Shown here piece after piece: positions 27,661 to 32,000 of a DNA stretch of 32,000 bases; position 1 is the first letter of the stretch, and each line of letters begins with the position of its first letter. Under the pieces are notes generated by a model. That model ran no database searches and was not told where the DNA came from. It worked only from the letters and a program-made list of their open reading frames with translations. The stretch is from the NCBI RefSeq assembly GCF_000284115.1, contig NC_017080.1, positions 180,001 to 212,000 on the forward strand, given 5' to 3'. The translations under genes were made by a program, and so were the position numbers. The stretch comes from Phycisphaera mikurensis NBRC 102666 (GTDB lineage Bacteria; Planctomycetota; Phycisphaerae; Phycisphaerales; Phycisphaeraceae).

Positions 27661-29307
27661 ATGCAGCCCGATCCCTCTCCAGCCGAGCCCTACGACGCCG
27701 TGATCATCGGGGGGGCGATCGCGGGCGCGGGCACGGCCATCACGCTGCTGCGGAAGCACCCCGCGGCGCGCGTGCTGGTGGTGGAACGCAGCGAGCGTTT
27801 CGAGAAGAAGGTGGGCGAGGCGACGGTCGAGTGCTCGGCGCTCTGGCTCACGGCGGCGCTGGGCCTGGGCCGCACCCTGGCGGAGCACCACCTGCCCAAG
27901 CACGGGCTCCGCTTCTTCTTCGACGAAGGCCGGGGCGGCGATCTCGCCGACCTCGACGAGCTCGGCCCGAAGCGGCAGGCGGCGATGACCAGCTTCCACC
28001 TCGACCGGCCCAGGCTCGACGGGCAGGCGCTCGCCGCGGCCGCGGACCGCGGGGCGGAAGTGGCCCGGCCGGCCGCGGTCCGCGGGATCGAGCTCGCCGA
28101 CGCCGCGGCGGGCCGGCCGCTGCACCGATTGACCGTCGAGGCGGCGGGGGCGGAGCCGCGGGAGGTCGCGGCCCGCTGGCTGATCGACGCGTCGGGCCGG
28201 CGCGGCGTGCTTGCCCGGAAGCTCGGCCTGCAGGAGAAGCTGGCGGACCACCCGATCTCCTCCTCGTGGGCACGGTGGGACGGCGTGGCCGACGCCGACG
28301 GGCCGGCGGTGCAGGGGCCCGATCCGGCGGACCCCCGCATGCCGCGGATCCCGGCGCCGCGGGGCCTCTCCACGAATCACTTCTGCGGGCACGGCTGGTG
28401 GAGCTGGGTGATCCCGCTCAAGGGCGGCCGCACCAGCGTCGGCCTCACCTTCGACCGCCGGCTCTTCGAGCCCCCGCCGCTGTCCGCGTCCCGCGCCGGC
28501 AGCCAGAAGCAGCGGTACGAGGCCTTCGTCCGCTCGGCTCCGGGCCTGAGCACGCTGCTGGCCGACGCGACGATGGACGCCTCGGACTTCGCCGCGTACC
28601 GCGACTGCGCCTTCCGCAGCACCGCCTACGCGGGCGAGGGCTGGGCCCTCGTCGGCGACGCCGCGAGCTTCCTGGATCCGCTGTACTCGCCGGGCCTCGA
28701 CCACGTCGCCTTCAGCAGCTACGCGACGGCCGCCATGGTGGCCGACGACCTGGCGGCGGGCGGCGAGCCTTCCGCCCGGGCGGCGGCGGTCACGAGGCAC
28801 AACGCGGAGTTCGTCCGCAGCTACGAGAACTGGTACGCCGCGATCTACCGCGGCAAGTACGCGCTGCTCGGCGATCCGGAGCTGCTCACGGCCAGCTACT
28901 TCATGGACATCGGCAGCTACTACTTCGGCGTGCTCGACTCGGTGGTGCGCGGCCTGGACGGCTTCCGCCGGCCGCCGATGGGCGGGCTGGACCTGCCCTC
29001 GCGCGTCGCGCCGCGGGTCCTCGCGGCCGTCAAGGACCGGATGATCCGGCTCGCCGGCGTGCGGCGGGAGCTGGGCCTCACCGGGCCGGGTCGCGCCGCC
29101 GCCGGCGGAGCCCCGCGGCGGCGGCTGGCCGGTTCCTTCGAGCTGGGCCCGACGGCGATCCGGCGGTACGCGCTGGGCGTGCGGCTGTGGCTGAGGACCG
29201 AGGCGGCGACCGCGCTGGCGCGGGCGAAGCGGGGGCGGCGGCCCGGGCTCGCCGAGGGGCCCGGCGCCGCGGCGGGCCCGAACCTGCGACCGGCGGCGGC
29301 GGCGTGA
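27661..29307 (+). CDS. FAD-dependent oxidoreductase, tryptophan-halogenase-like superfamily
   Basis: YDAVIIGGAIAGAGTAITLLR (FAD-binding), VGEATVECS, GHGWWSWVIPLKGGRTSVGL (WxWxIP-like), and ALVGDAASFLDPLYSPGLDHVAFS. Confidence 0.85.
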   Translation: MQPDPSPAEPYDAVIIGGAIAGAGTAITLLRKHPAARVLVVERSERFEKKVGEATVECSALWLTAALGLGRTLAEHHLPKHGLRFFFDEGRGGDLADLDELGPKRQAAMTSFHLDRPRLDGQALAAAADRGAEVARPAAVRGIELADAAAGRPLHRLTVEAAGAEPREVAARWLIDASGRRGVLARKLGLQEKLADHPISSSWARWDGVADADGPAVQGPDPADPRMPRIPAPRGLSTNHFCGHGWWSWVIPLKGGRTSVGLTFDRRLFEPPPLSASRAGSQKQRYEAFVRSAPGLSTLLADATMDASDFAAYRDCAFRSTAYAGEGWALVGDAASFLDPLYSPGLDHVAFSSYATAAMVADDLAAGGEPSARAAAVTRHNAEFVRSYENWYAAIYRGKYALLGDPELLTASYFMDIGSYYFGVLDSVVRGLDGFRRPPMGGLDLPSRVAPRVLAAVKDRMIRLAGVRRELGLTGPGRAAAGGAPRRRLAGSFELGPTAIRRYALGVRLWLRTEAATALARAKRGRRPGLAEGPGAAAGPNLRPAAAA

Positions 29308-30728
29308 GCGGGCCGCTGCCGCCGGAGTTTGCGGAGCCTCCGGGGTTCTCCGTCGCCCGGGTGGACGCGGGGCCCCGCCCGCCGGCCGCGCGGGGCCGCG
29401 CGTGGATCCACGCCGCGGCGGATGCCGTGGCCGCGGCGCTCGCGGGCCCGGGCCTGGGCCCCGGCCCAGTCCTGATCCGCGCCTGCGACGGGCCGGCTTT
29501 CTTCGCCGCCTTCTTAGGCGGCGTCCGGGCCGGCCGGGCGGCGCTCCCGCTGGGGCCCGCGACGCCCGGGGCCGCGGCGTTGGCGGCCGGCCTCGGGGTC
29601 GGCGCCGCCGCCTCGATCGCCGGCGACGGGCCGATGGAGGCCCCGCGGGTGGAGCCGCGGGCGGGCCTCCGCGGGCCCCGGGACGGCCAGGACCCGCTGG
29701 GTTCCGGTGTGCTGCTGCAGACCTCCGGCTCCACCGCCGCGGCGGCCACCGCCTACCGCGGCGTCGCCGGGCTCGCCGCGGTCGGCCGCGCCTGCGCGTC
29801 CGGGCTGGGCGTCACCGCCGCCGACCACGTGCTCAGCGTCGCCCCGCTCGCGCACTCCTACGGCCTCGAGCACGGGCTGCTGATGCCGCTGTGCGCCGGC
29901 TGCCGCGTCACCTGCGCCGCGGCGCCGCGGGCGCCGGGCCCGTGGCTGCTCGCGGCGGCCGAGCGGGTGCGGCCGACGGTGCTGCCCGCCGTGCCCGTGC
30001 TGCTGGACCGCCTCGCCCGCGAAGCGGGCTCGCCCGCCGCCGCCGCCGGGCGGCTGCGCGCCGCGGGCGTGCGGCTGCTCTACTCCGCGGGCGGCGTGCT
30101 GCCGCCGGGCCTCGCCGCCGCCTACGCCGCGGCCGGGCTGCCCGTGGGGCAGGTTTTCGGATCCACCGAGGTCGGCAGCGTCACCTGGGCCCCGCCCGGA
30201 GAGGACGCCGGCGTCGGCCGGGCGTTGCCGGGCGTCACGCTGCGGGTGGACGGTGCGGGGCACCTCCGCGTCCGCTCGCCGTGGGCGCTCGCGGGCTTCC
30301 TCCGCGGGCCCGGCCGCCTGGAAGCCGCGTCCGACGCCGAGGGCTTCTTCGCCACCGGCGACCTCGCCTCGATCGACGCGTCCGGTGCCCTCCGCCTCGC
30401 CGGCCGCAGCCGGCTGCTCGTCGACGTCGGCGGCCGCAAGGTGAACCCCGCCGAGGTGGAGGCGGCGCTGGGTGCCTGCCCCGGCGTGGCCGAGGCGGTG
30501 GTGCTGCCGATGGTCCAGAGCGAGACGATCACGCGGCTGCGGGCCTTCGTCGAGCCGGCCGGAGCCGACGCCCCGCCGGCGGAGGCGGACCTCCGGGCGA
30601 GGCTGCGCCGGACGCTCCCGCCCCACAAGATCCCGCGGCGTTTCCACGCGCTCGCCGCCCTGCCGCGGACTCCCGCCGGCAAGCCCGACCGCGCCGCGCT
30701 GTCGCGGCTGGCAGACTCCCTGCCGTGA
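29304..30728 (+). CDS. AMP-dependent synthetase/ligase-like (acyl/aryl-CoA ligase superfamily)
   Basis: LLQTSGSTAAAATAYRG, GQVFGSTEVGSVTW, FFATGDLASIDASGALRLAGRSRLLVDVGGRKVNPAEVEAAL, PRTPAGKPDR. GTG start overlaps the upstream TGA. Confidence 0.85.
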   Translation: MSGPLPPEFAEPPGFSVARVDAGPRPPAARGRAWIHAAADAVAAALAGPGLGPGPVLIRACDGPAFFAAFLGGVRAGRAALPLGPATPGAAALAAGLGVGAAASIAGDGPMEAPRVEPRAGLRGPRDGQDPLGSGVLLQTSGSTAAAATAYRGVAGLAAVGRACASGLGVTAADHVLSVAPLAHSYGLEHGLLMPLCAGCRVTCAAAPRAPGPWLLAAAERVRPTVLPAVPVLLDRLAREAGSPAAAAGRLRAAGVRLLYSAGGVLPPGLAAAYAAAGLPVGQVFGSTEVGSVTWAPPGEDAGVGRALPGVTLRVDGAGHLRVRSPWALAGFLRGPGRLEAASDAEGFFATGDLASIDASGALRLAGRSRLLVDVGGRKVNPAEVEAALGACPGVAEAVVLPMVQSETITRLRAFVEPAGADAPPAEADLRARLRRTLPPHKIPRRFHALAALPRTPAGKPDRAALSRLADSLP

Positions 30729-31522
30729 AGCTCCTCCCCCACCCGCGGACCGTCGCCGGTTTGGCTCCCAAAGCGCCGCGGTCCGCGGCGGTGGCGGCGC
30801 TGGCGCTGCTCCTGTCGCTGCCGGGTTGCCGCGGGCCGCGGGTGCTCTCGGGGGAGGCGATCGCCGCCGACCCGGCAGGGGGCGGGTCCTCCGCGGCGGA
30901 GCGGCTCCACGCCGCCAACGCGACGCCGCGGGCGGTGTCGAGCTTCTCCGCCGCCTGCCGGCTCACGCTCGTGACGCCCGAGGGCGAGACCGTGAACCTC
31001 GACGGCGCGATCGTCGCCGCCGAGCCCGGGTCGCTCCGGCTGCAGGCCTGGAAGTTCGACCGGCCGGTGATCGACCTGACGGTGACGCCGGCGGGCCGCT
31101 TCCTGTTCGCCCGCGGGCAGGAAGTGCAAGGGGGCGTGCCGGAGGGCTTCGCCGGGATCCCCGCCGGCGGCCTGCCGACGCTGGCGCCGCTTCTGACGGA
31201 GCTGCCGGAGAGCGGGTACCAGACTCGGGGGCCGGGCCTCCTGGCCTGGCCCGCCGCCGCGTTCGGCGTCGAGGCCGACGCCACCATCGTCGCGACGCTC
31301 TCGCCGCTGGGCGTGCGGGAGCTGGCGATCGTCGGCCCCGAGCCCCCCGAGCTCCAGCGGATCGGCTTCGCCAACCACCGCGCCGTCGGCGGCGTCGCCT
31401 GGCCGATGGATTGGACCCTCACCGGCGCCCTCACCGGCACGGTGCTGCTCGAGGACGTCGAGCTCAACCCGCCGCTGCCGGCCTCGGCTTTCGAGCCGCC
31501 CGCCAGCGCCAGAGCCTTTTGA
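30725..31522 (+). CDS. Putative lipoprotein (LolA/LolB-like context, family unassigned)
   Basis: Lipobox-like ALLLSLPGCRG after a basic N-terminus. GTG start overlaps the upstream TGA (GTGA). Confidence 0.7.
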   Translation: MKLLPHPRTVAGLAPKAPRSAAVAALALLLSLPGCRGPRVLSGEAIAADPAGGGSSAAERLHAANATPRAVSSFSAACRLTLVTPEGETVNLDGAIVAAEPGSLRLQAWKFDRPVIDLTVTPAGRFLFARGQEVQGGVPEGFAGIPAGGLPTLAPLLTELPESGYQTRGPGLLAWPAAAFGVEADATIVATLSPLGVRELAIVGPEPPELQRIGFANHRAVGGVAWPMDWTLTGALTGTVLLEDVELNPPLPASAFEPPASARAF

Positions 31523-31563
31523 GCCCGCCGCGCCCGGCCCCCGCTGCCCCGTAGCGTCGCCTG

Positions 31564-32000
31564 ATGCTCACCCTCGCCGCCGGCGCCCTCATCGATCCCG
31601 ATCCCTACGAGATCGGCCTCCTCGTGCTCGGCCTGGGCCTGCTGATGGGCCTGCTCGTGCCGCAGGTGCTGCTCAAGCGGCCGGCCCTGCTCGCGGTCAG
31701 CTACCTCGCGCTGGGGGCGGGCCTCTTCGCCTTCACCGACCTCGAGGCGCCGGACATCCTCGACGGCGGCACCGGCCGGCTCCTCTGGGAGAAGCTGACC
31801 GAGGCGGTGGTGGTCATCTCCCTGGTGGGCGCCGGCCTCTCCATCGACCGCCGCCGCTTCCGCCACTGGGGCGTCACCACCCGGCTGCTGCTGATCACGA
31901 TGCCGATCACGATCCTGCTGCTCGCGCTGGGCGGCTGGCTGCTCGCCGGGCTGTCGATCCCGGCCGCGCTGCTGCTGGGCGCGATCCTCGCGCCGACCGA
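31564..32000 (+). CDS. Cation:proton antiporter-like membrane protein, 3'-truncated by the window end
   Basis: IGLLVLGLGLLMGLLVPQVL..., LWEKLTEAVVVISLVGAGLSIDRRRFRHWG..., LLLGAILAPTD (CPA-type NhaP-like). Confidence 0.7.
   Translation, partial: MLTLAAGALIDPDPYEIGLLVLGLGLLMGLLVPQVLLKRPALLAVSYLALGAGLFAFTDLEAPDILDGGTGRLLWEKLTEAVVVISLVGAGLSIDRRRFRHWGVTTRLLLITMPITILLLALGGWLLAGLSIPAALLLGAILAPT

Noticed and set aside
26005-28800. 931-aa minus-strand ORF
   Set aside because: Only the portion from the ATG at 27549 has protein-like features (signal peptide, beta-helix). The upstream extension is antisense to the flavoprotein gene.
31529-31866. Minus-strand coding at the window end
   Set aside because: The plus-strand frame from 31564 encodes clear transmembrane helices of an antiporter; the minus frame is antisense.

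Overview
High-GC bacterial chromosome window, probably from a Phycisphaerae/Planctomycetota-like organism (inferred from gene content, not tested). By motif it carries ruvB, an FHA-fused GspE/PilB-type ATPase, a CHASE-like/GGDEF/EAL protein, a 2-hydroxyacid dehydrogenase, recA, and a tightly overlapping minus-strand cluster lptB-rluB-pdxH-[HEPN-MNT]-lpxB. It also carries an OPT-like transporter, two secreted beta-helix-type proteins, and a plus-strand trio of halogenase-like flavoprotein, AMP-ligase and lipoprotein. The accessory signals I rate highest are: (1) a REP-associated Y1/HUH transposase (RAYT-like) gene at 19323-20327, flanked by arrays of one 18-mer in opposite orientations, with two long perfect palindromes nearby; (2) a separate REP-like cluster at 11516-11834 with 36/56-bp spacing and an inverted copy; (3) a RelE/ParE-like domain fused to a UvrD/Rep helicase directly behind an ATPase gene; (4) a HEPN-MNT toxin-antitoxin-type pair inside an envelope-biogenesis gene string; (5) a roughly 50% GC PEP-CTERM beta-repeat protein beside the RAYT element. 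No tRNA, rRNA or CRISPR array was recognised.
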